Assembly: GCA_002890675.1 (NCBI GenBank)
Contig: PEFW01000001.1
Location: forward strand, 39,610 to 103,609
From: Candidatus Methylaffinis lahnbergensis
GTDB taxonomy: Bacteria > Pseudomonadota > Alphaproteobacteria > Rhizobiales > Beijerinckiaceae
Direction of reading: 5' to 3'
Length of the DNA stretch: 64,000 nucleotides
The translations under genes and the position numbers were made by a program. Below the pieces are notes generated by a model that was given only the letters and a program-made list of their open reading frames with translations, was not told the DNA's origin and ran no database searches. Of the stretch, positions 11,805 to 20,651 are shown one piece after another (the first letter of the stretch is position 1; each line of letters opens with the position of its first letter).

Positions 11805-12164
11805 TCAGTTACAGAAGGTTTGATTCCCATATCGGGAACACGTAGCCGTGCCTCCGTCCGGAGAGTTCAAATAAGTAGTATTCCCATAGGTGGTCGCGGT
11901 CGATCCGTCGGGCCCATAAGTCGTATTTCCGTAAGTCGAATACGCGCCATTCGGCCCATACGTCTGATTACCATAGGTCGAATAGACACCCTCTGGCGTG
12001 TAAAGTTGATTTCCATATCGGGATTGGGGCCCGTCTGGCCCATATGTATTATTTCCGTAGGTAGAGTAGGTGCCTGGGCCGGTGTAGACCGTCTGCGATT
12101 GGACGGCATGCACCGTTACTGAAAGCAGCATGAACGACATTACAAGTGCTAAAATGAGCTTCAT
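11805..12164 (-). CDS. Small secreted protein with six YGN(T/Q)xY-GPxG repeats
   Basis: Signal-peptide-like MKLILALVMSFMLLSVTVHA, then about 14-aa repeats such as YSTYGNNTYGPDG and YSTYGNQTYGPNG, ending CSRYGNQTFCN. Confidence 0.75.
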   Translation of the reverse strand: MKLILALVMSFMLLSVTVHAVQSQTVYTGPGTYSTYGNNTYGPDGPQSRYGNQLYTPEGVYSTYGNQTYGPNGAYSTYGNTTYGPDGSTATTYGNTTYLNSPDGGTATCSRYGNQTFCN

Positions 12165-12226
12165 CGTGCGCCCCGGCAAATCGCTTCAATTCGACAATCA
12201 TAGCACAAAGATGATCTTAAGTCACC

Positions 12227-14320
12227 CTACGTTCGCCGAGCGGTTCTCCGCCCCTCAAAAAGCCACGCCGCACTGACGCTTCCCAACAGCGCGGCAAGGC
12301 CCAAAAAGCCGATCGCAAGCGGCAGCACGCCCACGCCCTTCACTTCGCTCGCCCCAATGCGCTTGATCGCGGCATAACCGGCACCGCCATAGACTGGACT
12401 ATCCCCAATCGCGACAAGACGCGGCAGGGAGATATCGCTGTTTTCCGCCTTGCCGATCCGGCGCACCGTGCCTCCTGTCGCTTCCGCGATGGGTTTTAGT
12501 CTATCCGGCGTCGAGACAACTTCCTGGAATTCGCGCGGATTCTCCGGCCCGACATTGGCGAGGACGGATAGATTTCCATCGCTCAAGCGGTAGAGCCCTG
12601 CTTCAGCGGCATCGACGCTCGCGCGGGAAATGCCCGGCTCGGCCGGCGTCAAGCTCACCCTTTCTTCCGCACCCGAAGGCGAGGTGACAGTCACAGGCGG
12701 GACATCGGCCTTCAGGCTCTGGCGTTCGATTTCTATGGCGTGCCCGCGCACATTGGCGCGCAAGGCCTCCTCTTCCAGTTCCGGCTCCTTCATCAGCCAA
12801 TGCGCGAGCCTGCGCAAAAGATCGAGGTGCGGGCCGCCGCCTTCAAAACCGCGCGCCCAGAGCCACATCTGATCGGTGAGGAGAAGTGCCACCCGGCCCT
12901 TGCCCTCGCGCGAGAGAACGAGCAGCGGCTTTCCGCCGGCGCCGGACAAAATGCTGGTGCCATGCATGACCTCGGCATTGACTTGGCGGAACCATTCGCT
13001 CCAGGCGGGTGGCTTTTGATCGGCGCCTGGCAAGCCGCGGGTCACCGGATGTTTGGCGCCATCTTCGGTGATCGAGGCGCGGAAGGCGTGCTCGGTCAGG
13101 CTGCCGTCCGGGCGCGCCGGCGCGATTCGCCCCAACGGCGAGTAATAGAGCCCTTCGGGGCGAGCGAAATCTGGACCCGCCGCGAGCATCAGCGCGCCGC
13201 CTTCGCGGACATAGTGGACGATGTTATCGAAATAAAGCAAGGGCAGGACGCTCTGATTCGAATAGCGGTCGAAGACGATGAGGTCGAATTCCTTGATCTT
13301 CCGGCCGAAGAGATCGGCGGTCGGAAAGGCGATCAGCGATAATTCGTCGATTGGTGTTCCATCCTGCTTTTCCGGCGGCCGCAAAATGGTGAAATGCACG
13401 AGATCGACATTGGCGTCGGATTTGAGAAGGTTGCGCCACATGCGCTCGCCCGCGTGCGGTTCCCCCGAAACGAGCAAAACCTTCAATTTGTCGCGCACGC
13501 CCTCGATCGTCAGCACCGCCTTGTTGTTGATCGCGGTCAGTTCGTCCGGCAAGGCCTCGACCTCGAGCTCGACGACATTTGGGCCGCCGTGTTCGATTTT
13601 GACCGGCACGCGAAGGCGTTCGCCGGGCGTCGCGACGATAGTTGCAACAGGATTGCCGTCGCGGCGAACTTTTAGCACGACAGGGTCGCTGGTGGCGGCA
13701 GTGTCCAACACCCGCAACTCGATCGTTTGGTCCTTGCCGACAATCCCGAAGCGCGGCGCCTCTAGCAGCTCGATCCGCCGGTCGCGCTCGCCTTCATGCC
13801 CAGTGATGAGCGCGTGCAGCGGCGCCTTGAAGCCGAGCGCGCTCACGTCCGCTGGAACATCGTCGACGACCCCATCGGTGATCATGAAGACGCCGCCGAG
13901 GCGTTCCAACGGCACATCGGCGAGCCCAGCGTTCAATGCCGTAAACAGCCTGGTGCCGTCGGCTTCGCTATCGCTGCGCCCGCTCTCGATGACGCGGACT
14001 TCGACATTGCCGAGCGCGTCGAGGCTTTTCTCAAGTTTTTCGCTGGCCTTTTCCGTCTGCGCGGGACGTTCGGCGATCGTCTGGCTGCCGCTTTGATCGA
14101 CGACTACGGCCACGACGTCTTTCAAAGGGTTGCGCTCCTCACGCACCAGGGCGGGGCCGGTCATGGCCAACAGCAGCAAGCCCAGGCCAAGCGCGCGGAG
14201 AAAACTCCCGCGTCCGCGTGCATAAAAGCCCAAACCAATGAGGCCAAGCGCGAGCACCCCCAGTCCGAGCAAAACCGGCCAGGGCAGAAGCGGAGAAAAC
14301 GAGAGATTGAACTGGCTCAT
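12227..14320 (-). CDS. Conserved alphaproteobacterial membrane protein with a glutamine-amidotransferase-like domain (usually in MoxR/DUF58/DUF4159 operons)
   Basis: N- and C-terminal TM segments; VLLVSGEPHAGERMWRNLLKSDANVDLVHFTILRPPEKQDGTP...LSLIAFP; 697 aa. Confidence 0.8.
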   Translation of the reverse strand: MSQFNLSFSPLLPWPVLLGLGVLALGLIGLGFYARGRGSFLRALGLGLLLLAMTGPALVREERNPLKDVVAVVVDQSGSQTIAERPAQTEKASEKLEKSLDALGNVEVRVIESGRSDSEADGTRLFTALNAGLADVPLERLGGVFMITDGVVDDVPADVSALGFKAPLHALITGHEGERDRRIELLEAPRFGIVGKDQTIELRVLDTAATSDPVVLKVRRDGNPVATIVATPGERLRVPVKIEHGGPNVVELEVEALPDELTAINNKAVLTIEGVRDKLKVLLVSGEPHAGERMWRNLLKSDANVDLVHFTILRPPEKQDGTPIDELSLIAFPTADLFGRKIKEFDLIVFDRYSNQSVLPLLYFDNIVHYVREGGALMLAAGPDFARPEGLYYSPLGRIAPARPDGSLTEHAFRASITEDGAKHPVTRGLPGADQKPPAWSEWFRQVNAEVMHGTSILSGAGGKPLLVLSREGKGRVALLLTDQMWLWARGFEGGGPHLDLLRRLAHWLMKEPELEEEALRANVRGHAIEIERQSLKADVPPVTVTSPSGAEERVSLTPAEPGISRASVDAAEAGLYRLSDGNLSVLANVGPENPREFQEVVSTPDRLKPIAEATGGTVRRIGKAENSDISLPRLVAIGDSPVYGGAGYAAIKRIGASEVKGVGVLPLAIGFLGLAALLGSVSAAWLFEGRRTARRT

Positions 14321-14504
14321 TCAGCCTCGAAAGCTTGCAGGTCCATTCGGCGATAGCTGATACCGTGGACTTTTACACCTAGCACCGATTTCGGCAACGC
14401 CCCGGTGGCGTCTCAGTTTGAATCTCTGCTTCCGACCTAGAGCAGAAGTCCGATCTGCGGCCGCTGTGCGCCAGGAAGAGACATTCCGAGTGGGTCGATC
14501 TCGG

Positions 14505-14580
14505 TTATTCGATCACCTCGTCGGCGCGTGCGAGCAGCATCGGCGGCACCTTAAGCCCGAGCGCGCCAATGACGCGATCC
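14505..14580 (-). pseudogene. 3' remnant of an ABC transporter substrate-binding protein gene
   Basis: ALGLKVPPMLLARADEVIE* is the stereotyped C-terminus of this family. No upstream body is present. Confidence 0.65.
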
Positions 14581-14783
14581 CGGTGCGGAGTTGAACGGCT
14601 CCCGTCGCCGAAGTTGGGGAACTTCCTCCCTGTCACGCTGCAAGTGGAGACCTGTTGGCTCGCACGCGGCGGCCCGAAGCGGCGCGCGCCGCAGCGAGAT
14701 CGGGTTTTACGAGGACACGGACACATGCATCGGCGTTTCCATTATCTCGCGACGCAATATCTCCGGCCGAAAATTATCAAACC

Positions 14784-15197
14784 TCAGTTCCCAAATGGGA
14801 TCGTCAGGTCCGTCTCGTTCGTGTCCACGACGAACACCGCGAGGAGCTTGGCCGGCTGCGTCTTGCTGGCATTGGCGCTGACGCCGTGGCGGTCCCCGGG
14901 CAGCTCGGAGAAGCTCTGTCCGGCCTTGTAGATCGTCACCGGTCCGTCGTTCTGACTGCGGATCGCCCCTTCAAGAACGGTCGCGTAGATGAAGGCGGAT
15001 TTGGGATGCAGGTGGCCAGGCGAGTAACCGCCCGGGCCATATCCGACGAGCACACCCTTGATGCTCTTGCCGGGGACGTTCGGCAGCTCGTGCTGGTAGA
15101 CGAGGGTCACCTTGGCGTTCTTCTCCTTCGGCGCATCCGCGAGGACGCTGCAGAACGGCAGGGTGGCGACAAGCAGCGAACAGAGGATGCGTTTCAT
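14784..15197 (-). CDS. Cupin-domain protein with signal peptide
   Basis: HELPNVPGKSIKGVLV.YGPGG.SPGHLHPKSAFIYATVLEG...GQSFSELPGDRHGVSAN. Confidence 0.88.
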   Translation of the reverse strand: MKRILCSLLVATLPFCSVLADAPKEKNAKVTLVYQHELPNVPGKSIKGVLVGYGPGGYSPGHLHPKSAFIYATVLEGAIRSQNDGPVTIYKAGQSFSELPGDRHGVSANASKTQPAKLLAVFVVDTNETDLTIPFGN

Positions 15198-15228
15198 GGA
15201 GCCCTATCCTTCGGTTGGCGGTTGCGGA

Positions 15229-15984
15229 TCAGGCTCCTGCCTGTGAGCGGCGGAGCCATTCGTCGAAACCGATGCGGCCGCGGCGCGCTTCGCCCAACGG
15301 TACGAGCGAGCGCTCCTCGACCCGGCCGCCCCAGTATCGGGCCTCAGGGTCGCTCACGACCTCACGCGGGTCGCCGACCGCCTTCAGATAGCGGGCGATG
15401 ATTTCGTTGAACGGCGCTCGTTCCGGGCCGGCGATCTCGACGATGCCGCTTCGCGGCGCCGCGAACGCCACATCGGCAACGATGGCAGCAACGTCGTCCG
15501 CCGCGATGGGTTGGAACAGGCCGGGAGAGAGCCTGATCATGTTTCCATCCGCACTTGTAGCGGCGATGGTACCGAGGAATTCCAGAAACTGGGTCGCGCG
15601 GATGATGGTGTAGGGGATGCCGGAGGCCTCGATCAGTTTCTCTTGGGCGACCTTGGCGCGGAAGTAGCCGTTGTCGGGCGTCCGGTCGGTTCCGACGATG
15701 GATAGCGCGACATGGTGCCGGACGCCCGCTGCGGCCTCCGCCGCGAGAAGGTTGCGGCCGGAGGTCTCGAAGAATTCCAGCACCGCCTTGTCTTCAAATG
15801 AGGGCGAATTGGCGAGGTCGATCACCACCTGCGCGCCGGCCATGGCCTCTTTGAGCCCCTCGCCGGTGATGGTGTTGATGCCGCTTTTGGGCGAGGCGGC
15901 GACGACCTCGTGGCCGCCCTGGCGCAGAATGGCGACGGTCTTCGAGCCGATCAGGCCGGTGCCGCCGATCACGACGATCTTCAT
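15229..15984 (-). CDS. NAD(P)-binding atypical SDR / NmrA-like oxidoreductase
   Basis: MKIVVIGGTGLIG Rossmann motif, GYFRAKVAQEKLI, IIRATQFLEF. Confidence 0.9.
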   Translation of the reverse strand: MKIVVIGGTGLIGSKTVAILRQGGHEVVAASPKSGINTITGEGLKEAMAGAQVVIDLANSPSFEDKAVLEFFETSGRNLLAAEAAAGVRHHVALSIVGTDRTPDNGYFRAKVAQEKLIEASGIPYTIIRATQFLEFLGTIAATSADGNMIRLSPGLFQPIAADDVAAIVADVAFAAPRSGIVEIAGPERAPFNEIIARYLKAVGDPREVVSDPEARYWGGRVEERSLVPLGEARRGRIGFDEWLRRSQAGA

Positions 15985-16250
15985 GGTTGACCCTCCCTTG
16001 TCGATGACTGGAGATCCTTAATGACCGGCGAACTTTAAATGGGGTTCGAAAAGTGGGTTCAAATGCTAATGAGAAAAAATATCCGGTCGCCCCTTCGCAC
16101 TCGACACCAGCATAACATGCCGCGCGGCTTTCTCAGACGGCGTCGACTGGTCAGCAATACTGATCGATTTGTGAGAGGCACCCGGATGGCTCATGTCCGA
16201 GTGGGGTCCCTTCTGGTAATCGAAGGGAGCCGGGATGTCGGCTTCCCACC

Positions 16251-16470
16251 GATGCTGTTGAAAAACTCTGTTTTCGGCGATGAGCCATAATTTGTAGAGC
16301 CGTGGGCTGGAGAATCGAAAAAAGATTTGGGGGGACGCGGAAGTTGACGTTGAAGTAGCAGGCGACCACCGTAGCCGCATTGTGGTTGGCATTGAGCACC
16401 GATTTTCGCTCAGAATGTCATTTGGACGAAATTTTACTGCAATCCGTTTTCGGAGTTTTTCAACAGTATC
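16251..16470. mobile_element. 220-bp MITE-like element with 18-bp terminal inverted repeats (IS1182-like ends)
   Basis: GATGCTGTTGAAAAACTC (16251-16268) and GAGTTTTTCAACAGTATC (16453-16470) are 17/18 complementary. CACC flanks both sides. No transposase. Confidence 0.7.
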
Positions 16471-16564
16471 CACCCATTGCTGGAATTCAAACTAGGGCGA
16501 TGTTCCCTTACTTGACGGATACGCCCGTTCATGTTTAAGGTTGTTCCGACAGGCCGGCGCTATA

Positions 16565-17419
16565 TTATGTGTAGTAATTCAATTTAGTATCTGGAGCCAT
16601 GAAGAATTGCGCCTCAGCAAAGTTCCACTCGCAACAAAATCCAGTCTCCCGTTGCTCTTCCAACATATCCAAATACGTGATCTTTCCGTAGAGAAAAATA
16701 TATCCTTCGCCGTCCATCGCGTCGTTAATATCGCACTCAGTTCCATCGAAAAAGATAGGATTACTCCACGGGCTACCGCTTCCAATGGCGTTCCCGCTTG
16801 GGATTTTGATGCTGTCCGGTTCCATCTCCGGCAAGTACCTATTTCGCCAATAATGGCACTTACCGTTGATCCCATTGACTATCGCCGGAGTTCGTCCAAA
16901 ATTCCTGAATACGAGCGCAATTTGTTTGTTGCGGATTCCCCCCTCCCTAAGGGCTACGTTGCGCTCCCTAAGCAATTCATAATCAATGAACACGTAAGCG
17001 CGCTCGATATTGCGAAGAGAATCAGCGGATTGCTTGGCAGCTTCGGCAGCGGCGTTAGCGGCTCTAGCCGCTTTGTTGGTGACGCAGACGGTAAAGCACA
17101 ACGCGATGGCTTGAAGAATACCAACGAAGACCAAGAGACTGTTAAAAATCAGGGACCGCCCATTTTCCGCCGCCTGATTCTCGCTATTTTTCTTGAGTTC
17201 AGCGGTTATGGCATCTGTGTTTGGGGGGTTCTGCATTTCGATGATAAGCGGCGCGGCTGGCGTTCCACGTTCATGATCGGTGGCTGTTTGATCGTGATCA
17301 GCGGGCTTTTGCTGATTTGGGCTAGCGACTTTTCCAGCACCTGGACTTGGTCGCTTTGATGCCGAACTTTCTGGAATTGAGATCAAGATCGCGGCAAGAA
17401 GTGCGATTGCTTTCAACAT
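16565..17419 (-). CDS. Uncharacterised exported/membrane-anchored protein (IS passenger)
   Basis: Signal-like N-terminus, one TM segment, AANAAAEAAKQSAD coiled region, then ERAYVF...FRNFGRTPA...YGKITYLD. Its ATG overlaps the transposase stop. Confidence 0.75.
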   Translation of the reverse strand: MLKAIALLAAILISIPESSASKRPSPGAGKVASPNQQKPADHDQTATDHERGTPAAPLIIEMQNPPNTDAITAELKKNSENQAAENGRSLIFNSLLVFVGILQAIALCFTVCVTNKAARAANAAAEAAKQSADSLRNIERAYVFIDYELLRERNVALREGGIRNKQIALVFRNFGRTPAIVNGINGKCHYWRNRYLPEMEPDSIKIPSGNAIGSGSPWSNPIFFDGTECDINDAMDGEGYIFLYGKITYLDMLEEQRETGFCCEWNFAEAQFFMAPDTKLNYYT

Positions 17420-18330
17420 CCCTTGATCGCCGTTCCAAAGATATCTGCGTTCCCCCGGTTATTATAACGGAAATGGAATTCTGCAACATAGAGAGGCATG
17501 TATTTCCGGCTAATTTTATGGAACGCACCGATCACGCCACGCTTGAAGATCGACCAGAACCCTTCAATGGTTTGAGTGTGAATTGCGCCGACGACATACT
17601 GACCTCGCGCATGGTCAATAGTCGCGTGTGGGTAATCCATATCGAGCGGATTGTAGCCAGGATATTGATCAGTGCAAAGCAAGCTGACTTTGTGCGAGAC
17701 CGCTTCGCGGACGAAGGCGGTGAGAGTAGCGGAATTCACGTTCGCAACCACGCGAGCAACCACGTTGCCCTTGCGGCTGACAGCGCCGACGATTGGAGTT
17801 TTGCCGGAACCTACGCCGCCGGTTCCACCGCCACCGCCGCGCTTATCCCAATGCCTGTTTTTGGCCAAGCCGCCAACGAAAGTTTCATCAACTTCGACAA
17901 TGCCGCCGAGTTTATCGATGTCTTCCATCAATGCGACGCGGACGCGGTGACACATATACCAGGCCGTTTTCAGCGAACCGAAACCCATATAGTGCCAAAC
18001 CTGGCGAGCGCTTATTCCCTTTTTGCTGGTCAGCATCAAATGAATGACGCGAAACCAATCGCGGAGCGGCTTGTTCGTGTTCTCAAAAATAGTGCCGGTA
18101 AGATGAGAGAAACGATATGCGCCTCCTTGTCGGCAATCGGGACACTCCCAATGCCATTTACGGGTTTTGAGGTCATAAGTCCGCTCGCTGCCGCAACGCG
18201 GACAGCGGATGCCCTCCGGCCAGCGTTTGCCGATGAAGTAAGCACAGCAAGCGTCTTCGTTCGGAAATATTGCCTCGAATTGGGCAATGCTCATTTGGTG
18301 GATTTGCGGGGGCTGTTTTGCGCGCGCCAT
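17413..18330 (-). CDS. IS1595-family DDE transposase
   Basis: Zn ribbon CPRCG...ECPDC, VEVDETFVGG, LCTDQYPGY, HTQTIEGFWSIFKR, YVAEFHFRYNNR. AAGGAGA precedes ATG18330, which lies inside the IR. Confidence 0.93.
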   Translation of the reverse strand: MARAKQPPQIHQMSIAQFEAIFPNEDACCAYFIGKRWPEGIRCPRCGSERTYDLKTRKWHWECPDCRQGGAYRFSHLTGTIFENTNKPLRDWFRVIHLMLTSKKGISARQVWHYMGFGSLKTAWYMCHRVRVALMEDIDKLGGIVEVDETFVGGLAKNRHWDKRGGGGGTGGVGSGKTPIVGAVSRKGNVVARVVANVNSATLTAFVREAVSHKVSLLCTDQYPGYNPLDMDYPHATIDHARGQYVVGAIHTQTIEGFWSIFKRGVIGAFHKISRKYMPLYVAEFHFRYNNRGNADIFGTAIKGC

Positions 18331-18534
18331 AACGATCTCTCCTTTATTGGAAAGACCGTAGCATGAAAAATTCAATCCGTCAAGTAAGGGAACATCTAGG
18401 ACATTACCCAACGTCCGGCTTAATGGCGGCACTCATGATCGCTCTTCATGCGGAAAAAGCGTCCAGCGAAAATCGAACGCCGCCAACTCGCCAAAAGCTC
18501 GGCGCCGGACTAAAAAGGCTGGCAAAGGTGGCCC

Positions 18535-19824
18535 ATGTCTCACTCAACTGCCGATACGCAAGCCGACATTCTCGTTGCGGGCGCCGGCGCCGCCGGTCTC
18601 TCCGCCGCGCTCGCTCTCGCGCAGGCGGGATTTTCGGTTGTCTGCGTTGGTCATGTCGATACGCGCGCCAACGGGCGGACTGTCGCGCTTTTCGAGGCCT
18701 CGCTGCGCTTTTATAAGGCGCTTGGCGTATGGCCGCGTTTTCGCGGCAAGACCGCGCCGCTGGCAAGGATCGCCATGATCGACGCCACAGGCGCGCGGCT
18801 TCCAGTGCCTTCGGTTTCCTTCGCCGCGGCCGAGATCGGCCTTGCGGCCTTCGGCGAGAATATCGAGAATAATGTGCTCGTCGAGGGCCTTGCCGAAATC
18901 GCGGCCGGGACCAAAAACCTCGTTCTGCACGAAGACATGATCGACGACATAAGATTTTGCGAGGATTGGGTCCATGCCACGCTCGCCAACGGCCAGCGTG
19001 TCACGGCAAAACTCGCCGCCGCCGCCGACGGGCGTGGGTCGATTGCCAGAACCAAGGCGGGGATCGGCACGCGCGTCTGGACCTATCCGCAAATTGCGTT
19101 CACGGCTCTCCTTTCGCACCCAAAGCCGCACCGGAATATCTCGACGGAGTTCCACGCGCGATCGGGTCCCTGCACTCTCGTTCCGCTTCGCCCGGCCGAA
19201 GGTAAGCCGAACCGGTCGAGCCTCGTCTGGCTGATGTCCCCAGAGGCGGCGGAGCGCCGCCGTGCGCTTGCGAACTCCGAACTGGCGCACGAAATCGAGG
19301 ATCAAGTCGATTCACTTCTCGGCAAAATCGAGATCGATGGACCGGGCGGCTTTTTCCCCATGGCGGGGATGAGCGCCAATCGTCTTGTTGGCCATCGCAT
19401 CGCGCTAGTTGGCGAAGCCGCGCACATCTTTCCGCCGCTCGCCGCGCAAGGCCTAAACCTCAGTCTGCGCGACAGCGCGGCTCTCGCCGAAGTTTTGGGA
19501 AACGCGCGCGTGCTTGGGCACGACATCGGCGCCGTGCAGACGCTGAAAACCTATGCCAGCGCGCGCCGGAGCGACATTTTTTTGCGCACGAACGGGGTCG
19601 ACATCCTCAATCGCTTCCTGCTTTCAAATCTTTTTCCGATCGATTTTTTGCGTGGCGCCGGGCTGTTTGCGTTCTCGATGATCGGCCCGTTGCGCCGCGC
19701 GCTCATGCGCGAAGGCGTTCTCACGCACGGGACCTTGCCGCGCCTCATGCAAGAGCGCCCAGCGCGGCGCTTCACGCTTTTCTCGCGCGGCGAGGCGTCA
19801 ACCGGCATGTCCCCGCGTAGGTGA
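18535..19824 (+). CDS. UbiH/UbiF/COQ6-family FAD-dependent hydroxylase
   Basis: VAGAGAAGLSAALAL, AAADGRGS, LVGEAAHIFPPLAAQGLNLSLRD. Confidence 0.9.
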   Translation: MSHSTADTQADILVAGAGAAGLSAALALAQAGFSVVCVGHVDTRANGRTVALFEASLRFYKALGVWPRFRGKTAPLARIAMIDATGARLPVPSVSFAAAEIGLAAFGENIENNVLVEGLAEIAAGTKNLVLHEDMIDDIRFCEDWVHATLANGQRVTAKLAAAADGRGSIARTKAGIGTRVWTYPQIAFTALLSHPKPHRNISTEFHARSGPCTLVPLRPAEGKPNRSSLVWLMSPEAAERRRALANSELAHEIEDQVDSLLGKIEIDGPGGFFPMAGMSANRLVGHRIALVGEAAHIFPPLAAQGLNLSLRDSAALAEVLGNARVLGHDIGAVQTLKTYASARRSDIFLRTNGVDILNRFLLSNLFPIDFLRGAGLFAFSMIGPLRRALMREGVLTHGTLPRLMQERPARRFTLFSRGEASTGMSPRR

Positions 19825-19849
19825 GCACGGGAATCGAGGAATATTTGCT

Positions 19850-20626
19850 GTGAAAATCGCGACGTGGAACGTCAATTCCGTGCGCCAGCGGACCGAACAT
19901 CTTCTGCGCTATCTCCGCGACGCCAAGCCGGATGTCCTCTGTCTGCAAGAGCTAAAATGCGTCGACGCGGTGTTTCCTCATTTGGATGTCGAGGCGGAAG
20001 GTTATAATGCCGCCGTGCACGGGCAAAAAGGTTTTAATGGCGTGGCGATTCTCGCCAAGGCGCCGGTCGAGGTCACGCGGGGGCTTCCCGGCGACCCGGA
20101 TGACGAGCAGGCGCGCTATATCGAGGCGGTCGTCCCTAACGGCGAGGGCATTGTCCGCGTCGCCTCGATCTATCTGCCGAACGGCAACCCGCCGCAAACC
20201 GAAAAATACGCCTATAAGCTCGCCTTCATGGATCGCCTCATCGCGCACGTAAGAAATCTTTTGGCGCTGGAGGAGCCACTCGTTCTCGCCGGAGACTACA
20301 ATGTGATTCCAACCGCCAACGACGCCGCCGATCCCGCCGCCTGGGAGGGCGACGCGCTGTTTTTGCCGCAGACGCGGGGGCGCTTCCGGCGCCTCCTCAA
20401 TCTGGGGCTTATCGACGCCCTGCGGGCGACGACGGACGACGCCTCGCTTTATACATTTTGGGATTATCAGGCGGGCGCTTGGCAACGCAACAAAGGCATC
20501 CGCATCGATCATCTCCTGCTCTCGCCGCGGGCGGCGGACCGGCTGGTCGAGGTTGCCATCGACAAGGAAAGGCGCGGCGAGGAAAGACCCTCGGATCATG
20601 TGCCGGTCGAAATCATTTTGGCGTGA
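19850..20626 (+). CDS. xth: Exodeoxyribonuclease III
   Basis: MKIATWNVNSV, LQELK, AGDYNV, RIDHLLLS, SDHVPV. Confidence 0.95.
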   Translation: MKIATWNVNSVRQRTEHLLRYLRDAKPDVLCLQELKCVDAVFPHLDVEAEGYNAAVHGQKGFNGVAILAKAPVEVTRGLPGDPDDEQARYIEAVVPNGEGIVRVASIYLPNGNPPQTEKYAYKLAFMDRLIAHVRNLLALEEPLVLAGDYNVIPTANDAADPAAWEGDALFLPQTRGRFRRLLNLGLIDALRATTDDASLYTFWDYQAGAWQRNKGIRIDHLLLSPRAADRLVEVAIDKERRGEERPSDHVPVEIILA

Positions 20627-20651
20627 CCGCCGCTCAATTCGAGCCGGGGCG

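Larger units (their letters stand above)
16496..18396 (-). mobile_element. IS1595-family element carrying a passenger gene
   Basis: Perfect 22-bp inverted repeat GATGTTCCCTTACTTGACGGAT at 16499-16520 and 18375-18396 encloses the transposase and a 284-aa gene. The left end GGCGATG fits the ISPna2-type GGCnnTG end. No target duplication found. Confidence 0.85.

Noticed and set aside
11579-11845. 88-aa ORF between yjzC-like and the repeat gene
   Set aside because: TTG start, no motif or clear RBS, and it overlaps the 3' end of the repeat gene. It may be real but is unsupported.
16541-18366. Plus-strand ORFs 16541-17359 and 17347-18366
   Set aside because: They are antisense to the IS1595 transposase and its passenger, which carry the motifs, RBS and coupling.
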